Below, in pieces: positions 1-14,400 of a stretch of DNA of 64,000 bases (its first letter is position 1; each line of letters begins with the position of its first letter). Made by a program: the position numbers and the translations under genes. A model generated the notes under the pieces. It saw only the letters and a program-made list of their open reading frames with translations, searched no databases and was not told the DNA's origin. The DNA is from Mobula hypostoma (lineage: Eukaryota): assembly GCF_963921235.1 (NCBI RefSeq), contig NC_086108.1, positions 2,914,001-2,978,000 of the forward strand, given 5' to 3'.

Positions 1-460
1 CACATTTTCCCTTCTTGGTCTATTAGTTTCCACTGGAGCTGTTCTTGTAGCTTTAGCATTTCTGCTATCACTTCCTCTGAGTTTTGCAGCCTCTCCTCAG
101 TCCCTACAATCCTCGCTTCGGCTTCATCTAACCTCAGATTAGTTTTTCCTATTTCTCCTTTAATGTCTTCCAGCTGTTTGTTGATATCTTGTTAGAAATA
201 ACAAATCTCTAAGAATCAAAGTCAGATTCACTGATTCTTCCACATTATCTCCATCCTGGCTAGCCGTGGGGGAGCTAGGCCCCTCGTCTTGCTGCGACTT
301 TTTATAGTTATCAGCCTTCTGAGTGGACTTTTTAATGTTGTACTTAGACTCCATCCTTGCCCCTTCTATTGATATAGTTATACAATACTAAATATTTGTC
401 TAATTTTGACTTTGGGGCAGTTTACGTTTTTTTTTTGTCCTACGCTGCCATTCTCTTGGA
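1..460 (-). mobile_element. L1-clade LINE 5' end / frameshifted ORF1 fragment
   Basis: ORF 160-354 plus a shifted frame giving QLEDIKGEIGKTNLRLDEAEARIVGTEERLQNSEEVIAEMLKLQEQLQWKLIDQEG, like a fish L1 ORF1p coiled coil. Confidence 0.7.
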
Positions 461-639
461 GACCCAGAAGTCCTCTCGTCCCTGTTGTACCTTTATGAAT
501 GGCAAAAGCCCAGGTAGTATGGTAGGGCATCACTGTAGCATAGCACAACACTTTATAGTATCAGCAACTTGGATTCAATTCCCGCCACTGCCTGTAAGAA
601 GTTTGTACACTTTCCCCGTGACTGCGTGGGTTTCTTCCA

Positions 640-1670
640 AGTGGCTGACCTTAACAACGACGATGATGAGTTGGAGTATAGAGAGGAAGTGGAGCGGCTG
701 GTGGACTGGTATGAGAACAACAAACCGAGTCTGAATGTGGAGAAGACAAAAGAACTGATTGTGGATTTTAGGAAGGTGCAGATGAACAGCCCCCCTCTGC
801 ACATACATGGCTCCTCTGTAGAGAGAGATAAGAGTACCAATTTCCTGGGGATTCACCTCACCTGGTTCCTCAATAGCACCTCCCTGAACAAGAAGGCACA
901 GCATCACCTCCACTTCCTGAGGAGATTGAAATGAGGTACACCCCACCCCATCCAGAAGCACCATTAACAGTGTCCTGACAAGCTGTATCTCAGTTAGTCT
1001 TCCTTCACCTGGTCCCTCGCCTTCCTTCAGTTAGTCCTGGCGAAGGGTCTTGGCCTGAAACGTCGACTGTACCTCTTCCTAGAGATGCTGCCTGGCCTGC
1101 TGTGTTCACCAGCAACTTTGATGTGTGTTGCTTCAATTTCCAGCATCTGCAGAATTCCTCGTGTTTGCGTTTTTACAAAAGCTGTATCTCCATCTGGTAT
1201 GGAAGCAGCAGAGCATTGGACTGGAAGTTCTGACAAAAGACTGCGAGAACGGCTGAGGGGTCTCCCTACTGTCCATCAGGGACATTTATCAGGAGCGCTG
1301 CGTACGTAGGGCTCTTAATATTATCGAGGATCCCACCCATCCATCCAGCATCCTCTTTGACTTTCTCCCATTAGGCAGGAGACTCTGATGCATAAAGACA
1401 AAAACAGTCAGTATGGGAAACAGCTTCTTCCCTTGGGCCATTAGGTTTCTGAGCTCCCTGCCGCAGCACAATTCAAGTGTCATCGGATAATTTGTTCTGA
1501 ACCCTACAATACTTAATTTATGTACTTTACTTTGCTTATCCATGTGTAATTCATTTGTAAATTTAATTCTTAACTTTCTCAAGTTATTCTGTATTATATG
1601 TGTGTTATATGTATCCTAGTTCAGAGAAACATTGTCTCCTTTGACAGCACACGTGTGTATAGTTGAATCA
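640..1670 (+). mobile_element. Decayed Rex1/Babar-type LINE 3' fragment (interrupted at 992-1178), preceded by a SINE head at ~525-640
   Basis: EYREEVERLVDW...SLNVEKTKELIVDFRK...KKAQHHLHFLRRL RT C-terminal motifs; frameshifts. Confidence 0.8.
992..1178 (+). mobile_element. Penelope pseudo-LTR fragment with 12-bp TSD and mutated hammerhead core
   Basis: Near-identical to 10270-10418; flanked by AAGCTGTATCTC at 980-991 and 1179-1190; core reads CTGGCGA rather than CTGANGA. Confidence 0.8.
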
Positions 1671-2870
1671 AGTCAAGTTTATTGTCATTTTGGCCATAAG
1701 CTGCTGGTACAGTACACAACGTTCCTCCAGGACCCTGGTGCTACATGAAACAACACAAAACTACACTAGACTATGTGAGACAGCACAAGGCTACACTAGA
1801 CTACGTAAAACAACACACAAAAACTACACTAGACCGGCACAGGACTATATAAAGTGCACAAAACAGTGCAGGGCAGTACAATAATTAATAAACAAGACAA
1901 CAGGTACAGTAGAGCACAAATTACAATATAATAATAGGTGATGTAGATGTCAGTCTAGACTCTGGGTATTAAGGAGTCTGATGGCTTGGGGGAAGAAACT
2001 GTTACACAGTCTGGTCGTGAGAATCCAAATGCTTCGGTACCTTTTGCCAGATGGCAGGAGGGAGAAGAGTTTGTATGAAGGGTGCGTGGGGTCCTTCACA
2101 GTACTGTTAGCTTTGCGGGTGCAGTGAGTGGTGTAAATGTCTGGAATAGCGGGAAGAGAGACCCCGATGATCTCCTCAGTTGACCTCACTATCCGCTGCA
2201 GGGTCTTGCGATCTGAGATGGTGCAATTCTTGACCAGGCTGTGATGCAGCTGCTCAGGATGCTCTTGATGCATCCTCTGTAGAACGTGGTGGGAACGGGG
2301 TGGGGGGGGGGGTGGTGGGAGATGGATTTTTCTCACCCTTCGCAGGAAGTAGAGACGCTGCTGGGCTTTCTTTGCTATGGAGCTGGTGTTGAGGGACCAG
2401 GTGAGATTCTCCACCAGGTGAACACCAAAAAATTTGGTGCTCTTAACGATCTCAACGGAGAAGCCGTCAATGTTCAGCGGAGGGTGGTCGCTCCGTGTCC
2501 TCCTGAAATCCCTTTTGTTTTGTTCACTTTCAGAGACAGGTTGTTGGCTCTGCACCAGTCCATTAGCCGCTGCACCTCCTCTCTGTATACTGACTCGTCG
2601 TTCTTGCTGATGAGACCCACCACGGCCGTGTCATCGGTGAACTTGATGATGTGGTTTGAGCTGTGTGTTGCAGCACAGTCGTGGGTCAGCAGAGTGAACA
2701 GCAGTGGACTGAGCACACAGCCCTGGGGGGCCCCCGTGCTCAGTGTGATGGTGTTGGAGATGCTGCTCCCGATCCAGACTGACTGAGGTCTCCCAGTCAG
2801 GAAGTCTAGGATCCAGTTGCAGAGGGAGGTGTTCAGGCCCAGCAGTTTCAGCTGTTCAATCAGGTGCTGA
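1670..2870 (-). mobile_element. Rex1/Babar-type LINE, 5'-truncated
   Basis: [13 protein letters not shown]...[39 protein letters not shown]...NSFFPQAIRLLN (ORFs 1950-2555, 2474-2716). Confidence 0.88.
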
Positions 2871-3085
2871 TTGAAATGGCAATAAACTTGACTTGGCTAG
2901 ATAATGAATTTACTTTTTGACATTTATTACTACAAATTCATTAATTAATGATAATCTCTGCTCAAAGTTACCACAGCACATGAGAACCTTCTGAGAAGAT
3001 AATTGTCCATCTGGTCACACACTCTTAAAAAGGTTCACCAGCCCCGCCAAAAACAAATCAAATGAAGCAGAAAAGGAAGTGGTAC

Positions 3086-3173
3086 CTTGGTAAAATGGTG
3101 AACCCGAAAGAGCCCCCAGGGATCCCTTGCTGTGTCTGTCTCTGCTCGGTAACACGTACTGCTGCACACCATC
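3086..3173 (-). CDS. SARS2: SARS2 coding exon (~exon 11), 88 bp
   Basis: (R)[29 protein letters not shown] = SerRS motif 2; cttttccattgcag| acceptor, AAG|gtacca donor; phase continuous with the 24565-24610 exon. Confidence 0.96.
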
Positions 3174-3339
3174 CTGCAATGGAAAAGACAGCGTTCACTC
3201 CAGTATTCATCAACAAGCCTCACACAGTGAATCGGCCCACCGTACTTCACAGAAACAACAGTCGGACTTGGCTGGGAATCGTAAAAGGAGATAATCCTCA
3301 CCTTGGTCAAAGATATTCTTTGTTGGAGGAAGGCCAAAC

Positions 3340-3955
3340 CATAAGACACAGAATTAGGCCATTCGGCCCATTGAGTCTGCTCTGCCATTTCATCATGGCG
3401 TATCCATTTCCCTCCTAACACCATTCTCCTGCCTTCTCCCTGTAACCTTTCACACCCTGACTAATCAAGGACCTATTGACCTCCACCTTAAATGCATCCA
3501 GTGACTTGGCTCCCACAGGCACCCGTGGCAATGAATTCTACAGATTCACCAGTCTCTGGCTAAAGAAAATTCCTCATCTTTGTTCTCAATGGACATCCCT
3601 CTATACTGAGGCTGTGTTCTCTGGTCCTAGACTCCCCCCATCGAAGGAAACACCTTCTCCACATCCACTCTATTGAGGTCTTTTAACATTCAATAGATTT
3701 CAGTGAGATTCTCCCCCCCCCCGCCCCATTGTTCTAAATTCCAGCAAAAACAGGCCCAGAGCCTTCAGTCACTGCTCATATAATAACCCTTTCATTCCCA
3801 GATTCATTCTCAACTCTCAACTCTCCCCAATGTCAGCACATCCTTTCTTCAACAGGGGCACAAAACTGCTCACTATACTTAAAGTGAAGCCTCACCAGTG
3901 CCTTATTCAGTCTCCATATTACATCATTTCTTTTATATTCTATTTCTCTGAAAAA
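3340..3955 (-). mobile_element. CR1-type LINE 3' fragment
   Basis: Reverse-complement similarity to the CR1 ORF2 end and 3' UTR at 49100-49710. Confidence 0.75.
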
Positions 3956-4089
3956 GAATGAGAGAAAGGGCACAGCACTTAGTTAACGGGTTCGGGAATC
4001 AGCGACCCAGACAGCTGAAGGCATGAACACCAATGGAGCAGTGAGTAAAAGGAGGGAAACACCTGGAAAACGGGGTCTCGTATGCAAGA

Positions 4090-5190
4090 CTCGTCAGTTC
4101 AACAGCATCCTACTCCAGAACCTGGGAATCAACTGCTCCCTCTGTAACTGGATACTGGACTTAACGGCAAAGCCGCAGTCAGTCTACGTGGGCAGCAATG
4201 TCTTTAGTCTCATCATGCTGAGCTGCTGCACTCCCTAAGACTGTGTGCTCAGTCCACTGCTGAGGCACGACTGTGTCGCAGGATCCAGCTCCAACCACGT
4301 CGTCAGGTTTGTAGGTGACACAACATCAGGAACGATGACGAGGCGGAGTAGAGGGAGGAAGTGGAGCGCCTGGTGGATTGGTATGAGAAGAACAACACAG
4401 GCCTGAATCTGAAGAAGAACAAGGAAATCATTGTGGACTTCAGGAAGGTGCAGATGAACCATCCCCCTCTGCGAATACACGGCTCCTCCATACAGAGAAT
4501 CAAGTTCCTGGGAGTTCATGTCACAGATTACCTCACCCGATTCCTTAATATCACCTCCCTGAACAGGAAGACACAGCAGCGTCTCCTCTTCCTGAGGAGA
4601 CTGAGGCAAGCAAGGCTCCCCCACCGCCCCAAACCTAACTGGATTTTACAGGAGGACCATTGAGAGCATCTTGACCAGTTGCATCTCCATCTGGTATGGG
4701 AGCAGCAAAGTATCAGACCAGAAGTCCCTACAAAGGACTGTGAGAACAGCTGAGAGATGGGGGGCATTTATCAGGAGCACTGTGTACACAGGGCCCTTAG
4801 TATTATCAAGAATCCCACCACCCATCCAGCATCTTCTTTGACTTTTTACCCTCAGCAGGAGACTCCGACACATAACGACAAGAGCAGTCAGGATGGGGAA
4901 TAGTTTCTTCTCCCAGGCCATTAGGCTTCTGAACTCCCTGCCGCATTGTTTTCAATGTTTCACTGGTTAATATGTTCCAGTACAATATTTAATATTAATG
5001 TACTTTAGTTTGTTAATTATGTGTGATTCACCTGTAGATTTTACGCTTACGATCACAAGTAATAGAGTGCATGTGTGTTTTGTCTACTACTGTGCCTTAC
5101 ACCCAGGTTTGGAGAAACGTTGTCTCTTTTCTGTATACATTATATGGTTATATATGTTATATACATAAATGTAGTTAAAGGACAATAAAC
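4090..5190 (+). mobile_element. Decayed Rex1/Babar-type LINE
   Basis: VERLVDWYEKNNTGLNLKKNKEIIVDFRK...QQRLLFLRRL; paralogous to 640-1670. Confidence 0.8.
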
Positions 5191-5359
5191 GGATAAATTT
5201 GGAAGATTTAGGGCTGAGGAACGGTACCAATTTGCCTGAGACATAGCTACCCACTCAGATAATAGGAACAAGATTATGTTTATGTCATGATGGCCCAGGG
5301 CATTGCCAGAACTCCCTTCGTTCTCTTCCAGTGTTATTTGTTTAATATCATCACATGTG

Positions 5360-7385
5360 CAGTGCCTATAAAAAGCATTCACTCCCCACTTGGAAGTTTT
5401 CATGTTTTATTATTCTACAATATTGAATCACAGTGGATTTAATTTGGCTTTTTTTGAAACATCAGCAGAAAGAGCCTCTGTTGTGTCAAAGTGAAAACAG
5501 ATCTCTACAAAGTGATCTAAATTAATTACAAATATAAAACACAAGATAATTTATTGCATAAGTATTCACCCTCTTCAAGTCAATATTTAGTAGACACACC
5601 TTTGGCAGCAATTACAGCCTTGAGTCTGTGTGGATAGGTCTCTATCAGCTTTGCACATCTGGACACTGCAATTTTTCCCCTTTCTTCTTTACAAAACCAC
5701 TCAAACTCTGTCATATTGCATGGGGATCGTGAGTGAACAGCCCTTTTCAATCCATCCACATATTCTCGATTGAATTGAGGTCTGGACTCTGATTTGGCCA
5801 CTCCAGGACATTAACTTTGTTTTTTAAGCCATTCTTGTGTAACTTTGGCTTTATGCTTGGGGTCATTATTTTGCTGGAAAACAAATCTTCCAAGTCACAG
5901 TTCTCTTACAGGTTTTCCTCCAGGATTTCCCTGTATTTTGCTCCATTCATTTTACCCTCTACCTCCACAAGCCTTCCAGGGTCTGCTGCAGTGAAGCATC
6001 CCCACAACATGATGCAGCCACCACCATGCTTCACAGTAGGATGAATGTGTTTTTGATGAAGTGCGGTGTCTGGCTTACGCCAAATATAGTGTTTAGTCAA
6101 ATGGCCAAAAAGCTCAATTTTTGTTTCATCGACCATAGAACCTTCTTCCAGCTGACTTCAGAATCTCCCACGTACCTTCTGGCAAACTCTAGCCAAGATT
6201 TCATGAAATTTTTTTTTCCAGCAGTGGCTTTCTCTTTGCCAATCTCCCATAAAGCTGTGACTGGCGCAGCACCCAGGCAACAGTTGTTGTATGCGCAGAC
6301 TCTCCCATTTCAGCCACCACCATTGTAATTCCTCCAGAGTTGTCATAGGTCTCTTAGTGTCCTCCCTCATCCTTCTTGCACGGTCACTCAGTTTTTGAGG
6401 ACTGCCTGCTCTAGGCAGATTTACAGCTGTGCCATATTCTTTCCATTGCTTGATGATTGACTTAACTGTACTCCAAGGGTATTCAGTGACTTGGAAGCTT
6501 TCTTGTATTCATCTCCTGACTTGTGCTTTTCAATAACCTTTTCACAGAGTTGCTTGGAGTGTTCTTTTGTCTTCATGGTGTAGTTTTTGTCAGGGCACTG
6601 ACTCACCAACAACTGGACCTTCCAGATACATGTTATTTTTTACTACAGTCAATTAAAACACCCTGACTGCACACAGGTCTTCAAAAACAGATCTCCACTA
6701 AACTAATTATGTGACTTCTAAAACCAATTAATAATAATTACTTTATTGATCCCAAGCGGGAAATTATTTTGTTACAGCAGCAACATTTTAAAAATTCAGC
6801 AATAATAATAAATATAATAATATTAGCAACTGAAAAAGTTCAGAATGATAATATTCACAATAATTTACCAATGTGCTATACTGTACAATAGTAATGTACA
6901 AAATAATACAACAGAGGCTATTGTACTATTGTGTTCCCCTGTTGCACAGAGATGAACTGTTGTATATGCTTACAGCATTTGGTCAGAAAGATTTTCTGCA
7001 ACAATTCTTGTGACAGCAGAGCTGAGTGAGCCTGTTTGAAAGGGGGCTCCACTGCTGATTCAGTCAGTCATGGAGAGGATGTGCCTGATTGACACTGATG
7101 GATAACAGTTTGTTTCGTGACCTCCTCCCCACCACTAACTCAAATAGTCAATTGGCTGCACCAGTGATGATTTGGTGTGTCATATTAAAGGGGGTGAATA
7201 TTTATGTAATCAATTATTTTGTGTTTTATATTTGTAATTAATTTAGATCACTTTGTAGGGATATGTTTTCACTTTGACAGGAAAAGAGTCTTTTCTGTGT
7301 CAAAAAAGCCAAATTAAATCCACTGTGATTCAATGTTGTAAAATTATAAAGCTGAAAACTTCCAAGTTGGGGGACGGGGGTGAGA
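5360..7385 (-). mobile_element. Tc1-like DNA transposon with ~200-bp TIRs and decayed transposase; unrelated insert at ~6730-7150
   Basis: TIR starting CAGTGCCTATAAAAAG (5360-5577) mirrored at ~7190-7385; [50 protein letters not shown]. Confidence 0.9.
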
Positions 7386-7419
7386 GTGCCAAGCTTCATT
7401 TTCATGACATTCAAACAGA

Positions 7420-8545
7420 TCATGCCATTCATAATCACATCAGGGTGGTGAACACGTGCCCCACGGGGATGTCTACTTAGCCCACTTATGACTGCGTGGC
7501 TACGCACAGCTCCAATGCCATATTGAAGTTCACTGATGACATCATTGTTTAAGCTGAATCCAAGGTGGTGATGAATCACCTTACGGGGGGGATTGAAAAT
7601 CTGGCTGAGTGGTGCCATAACAACAAGCTCTCACTCAATGTCAGCAAGACCAAGGAGCTGATTAACACACGCAAAATGGAGGAGCTCAGCTGGCCAGGCA
7701 GCATCAATGAAAGAGAGTACACAGTTGATGTTTCGGACTGCGACCCTTCAGCAAAGGAGTTGATTATTGACTTCCGGAGGAAGAAACCAGAGGTCTACGA
7801 GCCAGTCCTCATCGGAGGATCAGAGGTGGAGAGGGTCAGCAACTTTGAATTCCCGGGTGTTACTATTTCAGAGAACCTGTCCCGGGCCCAGCAAGCAAGT
7901 GCAATTACGAAGAAAGCACAGCAACGTTTCCGCTTCCTTAGGAGTTTGCAGAGATTTGGCATGACATCTAAAACTTCCACAAACTTCCAGAGATGTGTAG
8001 TGGAGAGTGTATTGACTGGCTGCATCATGGCCTGGAATGGAAACACTAATGCCTTGGATTCAGCCCTGTACATCATTGGTAAAGTGCTCCCAACCATTGA
8101 GCACATCTACACGAAACGGTGTCATAGGAAAGCAGCATCCATCATCAGAGATCCTCAACACCCAGGCCGTGCTCCCTTTTTGCTGCTGCCATCAGCTAGA
8201 AGGTACAACAGCCGCAGAACTCACACCACCAGGTTCAAGAACAGTTACTACCTCACAACCATCAGGTTCTTGAACAAAAGGGGATAACTACACTCACTTG
8301 CCCATTCATTGAAATGTTCCCACAACCAATGATCTCACATTAAGGACTCCTTGTCTCATTATCTCATGTTCTCATTATTTACTGATATTTATTTATATTT
8401 GCATTTGCACAGTTAGTTGTCTTCTGCACTCTGCTTGATCTTTCACTGATCCTGTTATAGTTACTATTCTATAGATTTGCTGAGTATGCCCACAGGAAAA
8501 TGAATCTCAGGGTGGTATATGGTGACATATATGAACTTTGAATAC
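7420..8545 (+). mobile_element. Rex1/Babar-type LINE 3' part with a small Penelope pLTR insert (~7660-7750)
   Basis: ORF 7565-8287: LAEWCHNNKLSLNVSKTKEL...HTTRFKNSYYLTTIRFLN. Confidence 0.82.
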
Positions 8546-9429
8546 TAAAAGGTCTAGACAGGGTTGGCATGAAGAGCCGTTTCCTATAGTAGACAATTCT
8601 AGGACCAGAGGGCACAGCCTCAGAATAGAAGTACATCTCTTTAGAACAGAGATGAGGAAGAATTTCCTTAGCTCGAGGGTAGCTAGTATCCACATCTTCA
8701 AGGAGCGATACCTTAGGAAGGCAGCGTCCATAATTAAGGATCCTCACCACCCAGGACATGCTCTCTTCTCACCGTTACCATCGGGAAAGAGGTACAGAAA
8801 CCTGAGGGCACACACTTAACGATTCAGGAACAGCCTCTTCCCCTCTGCCATCCGATTTCTGAATGGACTTTGAATCCATGAACACTATTTCACTACTTTT
8901 TAAAAAAATTTCCTACTCTTTTGCTCTAATTTAATTATTTAATACAGAATACTTACTGTAATGCAAAGATTTTTCTTTTTTTCTCTCTATTATCATGTAC
9001 TGCATTGTACTGCTGCCACAAAGCTAACAAATTTCACAACACATACCAGTGCTACTAAACCTGATTCTGACGGTAGAATGGAGAAGAGAGAATGACCAGG
9101 TTGGGAGGGGTCATAATCATGGGCTGCTTTCCCGAGACAGGCAAAGAGTGTACATGGGGGTTAATGGAGGTGAGGTTGGTTGGTGTGATGGACTAAGATA
9201 CCGTCACAACTCTCTAATTTATAGCAGACAGGGAAGCGTAGCTGGCATGGGTTTTAATATCTACCTAATGGTCTCACTTTAACTTCTCTTTCAGAAGGCC
9301 ATACATACAGTGCCTATAAGAGGTATTCACCCCCCTCCCCAGAAGTTTTCATGTTTTACAACATTGAATCAGTGTTTTGACACTGATCAACAGAAAAACT
9401 CTTTTGTATCAAAGTGAAAACAAATCATG

Positions 9430-10418
9430 ATTATTCCGCCACCTCCAACGGGATCTCACCACTAAGCACATCTTTCCCTCCCCACCTCTCTGCTGTCCGC
9501 AGGGATCGCTCCCTACATGACTCCCTTGTCCATTCATCCCCCACATCCCTCCCCACTGATCTCCCTCCTGGCACTTATCCATGTAAGCGGAACAAGTGCT
9601 ACACATGCCCTTACACTTCCTCCCTTACCACCATTCAGGGCCCCAAACAGTCCTTCCAGGTGAGGCAACACTTCACCTGTGAGTCAGCTGGGGTGATATA
9701 CTGCATCCAGTGCTCCCGATGTGGCCTTTTATATATTGGTGAGACCCGACGCAGACTGGGAGACTGTTTCGCTGAACACCTACGCTCTGTCCGCCAGAGA
9801 AAGCAGGATCTCCCAGTGGCCACACATTTTAATTCCACATCCCATTCCCATTCTGACATGTCTATCCACGGCCTCCTCTACTGTAAAGATGAAGCCACAC
9901 TCAGGTTGGAGGAACAACACCTTATATTCCGTCTGGGTAGCCTCCAACCTGATGGCATGAACATCGACTTCTCTAACTTCCGCTAATGCCCCACCTCCGC
10001 CTCGTACCCCATCTGTTACTTATTTTTATACACACATTCTTTCTCTCACTCTCCTTTTTCTCCCTCTGTCCCTCTGAATATATCCCTTGCCCATCCTCTG
10101 GATCCACCCCCCCCCCTTGTCTTTCTTCCCGGACCTCCTGTCCCATGGTCCTCTCGTATCCCTTTTGCCTATCACCTGTCCAGCTCTTGGCTCCATCCCT
10201 CCCCCTCCTGTCTTCTCCTATCATTTTGGATCTCCCCCTCCCCCTCCAACTTTCAAATCTCTTACTCACTCTTCCTTCAGTTAGTCCTGACGAAGGGTCT
10301 CGGCCTGAAACGTCGACTGTATCCCTTCCTAGAGATGCTGCCTGGCCTGCTGCGTTCACCAGCAACTTTGATGTGTGTTGCTTGAATTTTCATCATCTGC
10401 AGAATTCCTGTTGTTCAC
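9430..10418 (+). mobile_element. Penelope-like retroelement 3' part: GIY-YIG endonuclease ORF plus pseudo-LTR
   Basis: ORF 9414-9986: PCKRNKCYTC...GVIYCIQCSRCGLLYIGETRRRLGDCFAEHL...LQPDGMN, followed by a C/T-rich tract and a hammerhead-bearing pLTR. Confidence 0.92.
10283..10318 (+). ncRNA. Minimal type I hammerhead ribozyme (PLE-associated)
   Basis: AGTC-CTGACGA-AGG gtctcgg CCT-GAAA-C-GTC-GACT: stem I AGTC/GACT, intact core, GUC cleavage triplet. Confidence 0.85.
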
Positions 10419-10669
10419 GATTATTTATATTTACATTTGTAATTAATTTAGATCAGCTTGCTGAGATCTGCATGCACTTTGACACAAAAGAGGTTTTCTG
10501 TTGATCAGTGTCAAAAAAGCAAGCCAGATTAAATCCACTGAGATTCCACGTTGTAAAACAATAAAACAGTAAGATAGCAATGCTCCCTCAGCTGTGCACT
10601 AGAAGTGTCACCCTGGTCTCTTGCTTGAGGTCACACTCAAACACATAACCTACTGGCTCTAGACGTCTG

Positions 10670-10820
10670 TGTACGGTTTGTGTAACACTATTACAGCTGT
10701 AAGATTGGGGTTCGAGTCCCACAGCTGTCTATAAGGAGTTTGTACATTCTCTACACGACCATGTGGGTTTCCTCTGGGTGCTCTGGTTTCCTCCTACAAT
10801 CCAAAGACGTGTGGGTTAGG
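10670..10820 (+). mobile_element. V-domain tRNA-derived SINE, 5' part; 3' part resumes at ~21792-21919 and 23455-23482
   Basis: Box-B-like GGTTCGAGTCC and V-core GTGGGTTTCCTCTGGGTGCTCTGGTTTCCTCC; an uninterrupted family copy lies at ~25370-25690. Confidence 0.75.
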
Positions 10821-11497
10821 ATGGTGGTGAATATTGGTAGCTCGGGTTGAGTGCTTGCATTTATATAGGCCCCATTCACTTGCCTTGCTCCTGACTGGCT
10901 ACCCCTTCAGTTGATCTTCGAATTCTATTGACTCGCATTTCTTTGGCCCTGAGGAGTTAATAGATCTATTTCGATATGTTTGATAATGAAGTTATCACAA
11001 GAGAAACACGCTTGCACCTGCTTGGTTTCCCAGCTAAAGTGGTGTCCTTCCTGGTCTTCATGTACCAAGATCAGCGACAGTGGTCCATGTCTCCGTACTG
11101 TCTGTTTGTGTTGCGGTAAATGAGATAAGAGTTTACATCCTGTCTGGCTCATGTACTACTTGTTGCAGTCTCCACAGGTGATCCTGTACACCGCATTGCT
11201 TTTGTCAGTTGCCTTCAATGGTACCTCGGCTCTTCAGACAATCCTCCTTAAAGTTCTGGGCCAGGCAAGCACGAGCAGGCACAAGACTACAGAATTCAAA
11301 GATGAAGAGGTAGCCAATCAGGATCAAAGTGAGCAATCGGGGCCTATATAAACATTAACATTCCCAGAGAGTAACACATAACTGCACACTGAGGATGTCT
11401 CCTTGACTGGTGATGAAACATCTGTAAGCTGATTGTCAAGCTCAGTGAACACTGCAATATCAAACACCTCTCCCGAGCTACCAATACTCATCACCAT
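10821..11497. mobile_element. Second-family Penelope remnant with inverted pLTRs: GIY-YIG fragment (-) and pLTR (+) carrying CCAAT/TATA and a degenerate hammerhead (~11384-11426)
   Basis: ORF 10925-11152 (QTGCKLL...QHKQTVRRHGPLSLILVHEDQEGHHFSW) is GIY-YIG-like; 10857-10926 is an inverted copy of ~11290-11352; CTGAGGA...GAAACATC. Confidence 0.75.
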
Positions 11498-14400
11498 CCT
11501 AACCCACCAATACTCACCACCATCCTAACCCACCAGTACTCACCACCATCCTAACCCACCAATACTCATCACCTTCCTAACCCACCAATACTCACCACCA
11601 TCCTAACCCACCAGTACTCACCACCATCCTAACCCACCAATACTCACCACCATCCTAACCCACCAATACTCACCACCATCCTAACCCACCAATACTCACC
11701 ACCATCCTAACCCACCAGTACTCACCATCCTAACCCACCAGTACTCACCACCATCCTAACCCACCAGTACTCACCACCATCCTAACCCACCAATACTCAC
11801 CACCATCCTAACCCACCAGTACTCACCATCCTAACCCACCAGTACTCACCACCATCCTAACCCACCAGTACTCACCACCATCCTAACCCACCAATACTCA
11901 CCACCATCCTAACCCACCAGTACTCACCATCCTAACCCACCAGTACTCACCACCATCCTAACCCACCAATACTCACCACCATCCTAACCCACCAGTACTC
12001 ACCATCCTAACCCACCAGTACTCACCACCATCCTAACCCACCAGTACTCACCACCATCCTAACCCACCAATACTCACCACCATCCTAACCCACCAGTACT
12101 CACCATCCTAACCCACCAGTACTCACCACCATCCTAACCCACCAATACTCACCACCATCCTAACCCACCAGTACTCACCATCCTAACCCACCAGTACTCA
12201 CCACCATCCTAACCCACCAATACTCACCACCATCCTAACCCACCAGTACTCACCATCCTAACCCACCAGTACTCACCACCATCCTAACCCACCAATACTC
12301 ACCACCATCCTAACCCAATACTCACCACCATCCTAACCCACCAGTACTCACCACCATCCTAACCCACCAGTACTCACCACCATCCTAACCCACCAGTACT
12401 CACCACCATCCTAACCCACCAGTACTCACCATCCTAACCCACCAGTACTCACCACCATCCTAACCCACCAATACTCACCACCATCCTAACCCACCAATAC
12501 TCACCACCATCCTAACCCACCAGTACTCACCAGCATCCTAACCCACCAGTACTCACCAGCATCCTAACCCACCAGTACTCACCACCATCCTAACCCACCA
12601 ATACTCACCACCATCCTAACCCACCAGTACTCACCATCCTAACCCACCAGTACTCACCACCATCCTAACCCACCAATACTCACCACCATCCTAACCCACC
12701 AATACTCACCACCATCCTAACCCACCAGTACTCACCATCCTAACCCACCAATACTCACCACCATCCTAACCCAATACTCACCACCATCCTAACCCACCAG
12801 TACTCACCACCATCCTAACCCACCAGTACTCACCAGCATACTAACCCACCAGTACTCACCACCATCCTAACCCACCAGTACTCACCAGCATCCTAACCCA
12901 CCAGTACTCACCACCATCCTAACCCACCAATACTCACCACCATCCTAACCCACCAGTACTCACCACCATCCTAACCCACCAATACTCACCACCATCCTAA
13001 CCCACCAGTACTCACCACCATCCTAACCCACCAATACTCACCACCATCCTAACCCACCAGTACTCACCACCATCCTAACCCACCAGTACTCACCATCCTA
13101 ACCCACCAGTACTCACCACCATCCTAACCCACCAATACTCACCACCATCCTAACCCACCAGTACTCACCACCATCCTAACCCACCAATACTCACCACCAT
13201 CCTAACCCACCAGTACTCACCACCATCCTAACCCACCAGTACTCACCATCATCCTAACCCACCAATACTCACCACCATCCTAACCCACCAGTACTCACCA
13301 CCATCCTAACCCACCAATACTCACCACCATCCTAACCCACCAGTACTCACCACCATCCTAACCCACCAGTACTCACCACCATCCTAACCCACCAATACTC
13401 ACCACCATCCTAACCCACCAGTACTCACCACCATCCTAACCCACCAATACTCACCACCATCCTAACCCACCAGTACTCACCACCATCCTAACCCACCAAT
13501 ACTCACCACCATCCTAACCCACCAGTACTCACCATCCTAACCCACCAGTACTCACCACCATCCTAACCCACCAGTACTCACCACCATCCTAACCCACCAA
13601 TACTCACCACCATCCTAACCCACCAGTACTCACCATCCTAACCCACCAGTACTCACCACCATCCTAACCCACCAGTACTCACCACCATCCTAACCCACCA
13701 GTACTCACCACCATCCTAACCCACCAGTACTCACCATCCTAACCCACCAGTACTCACCATCCTAACCCACCAGTACTCACCACCATCCTAACCCACCAGT
13801 ACTCACCACCATCCTAACCCACCAGTACTCACCACCATCCTAACCCACCAGTACTCACCACCATCCTAACCCACCAGTACTCACCACCATCCTAACCCAC
13901 CAGTACTCACCACCATCCTAACCCACCAGTACTCACCACCATCCTAACCCACCAGTACTCACCACCATCCTAACCCACCAGTACTCACCAGCATCCTAAC
14001 CCACCAGTACTCACCACCATCCTAACCCACCAATACTCACCACCATCCTAACCCACCAGTACTCACCACCATCCTAACCCACCAGTACTCACCATCCTAA
14101 CCCACCAGTACTCATCACCATCCTAACCCACCAGTACTCACCACCATCCTAACCCACCAGTACTCACCACCATCCTAACCCACCAGTACTCACCACCATC
14201 CTAACCCACCAGTACTCACCATCCTAACCCACCAGTACTCACCACCATCCTAACCCACCAGTACTCACCACCATCCTAACCCACCAATACTCACCACCAT
14301 CCTAACCCACCAGTACTCACCATCCTAACCCACCAGTACTCACCATCCTAACCCACCAGTACTCACCACCATCCTAACCCACCAGTACTCACCACCATCC

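Larger units (their letters stand above)
9309..10565. mobile_element. Internally deleted Tc1 element (TIRs only) hosting the Penelope insertion
   Basis: TIR-like 9309-9425 and ~10420-10565 match the TIRs of 5360-7385. Confidence 0.7.

Noticed and set aside
3174..3424. Longer exon or alternative acceptor at 3271 suggested by ORF 3035-3424
   Set aside because: The extension has no SerRS similarity, and that acceptor would be out of phase with the upstream exon
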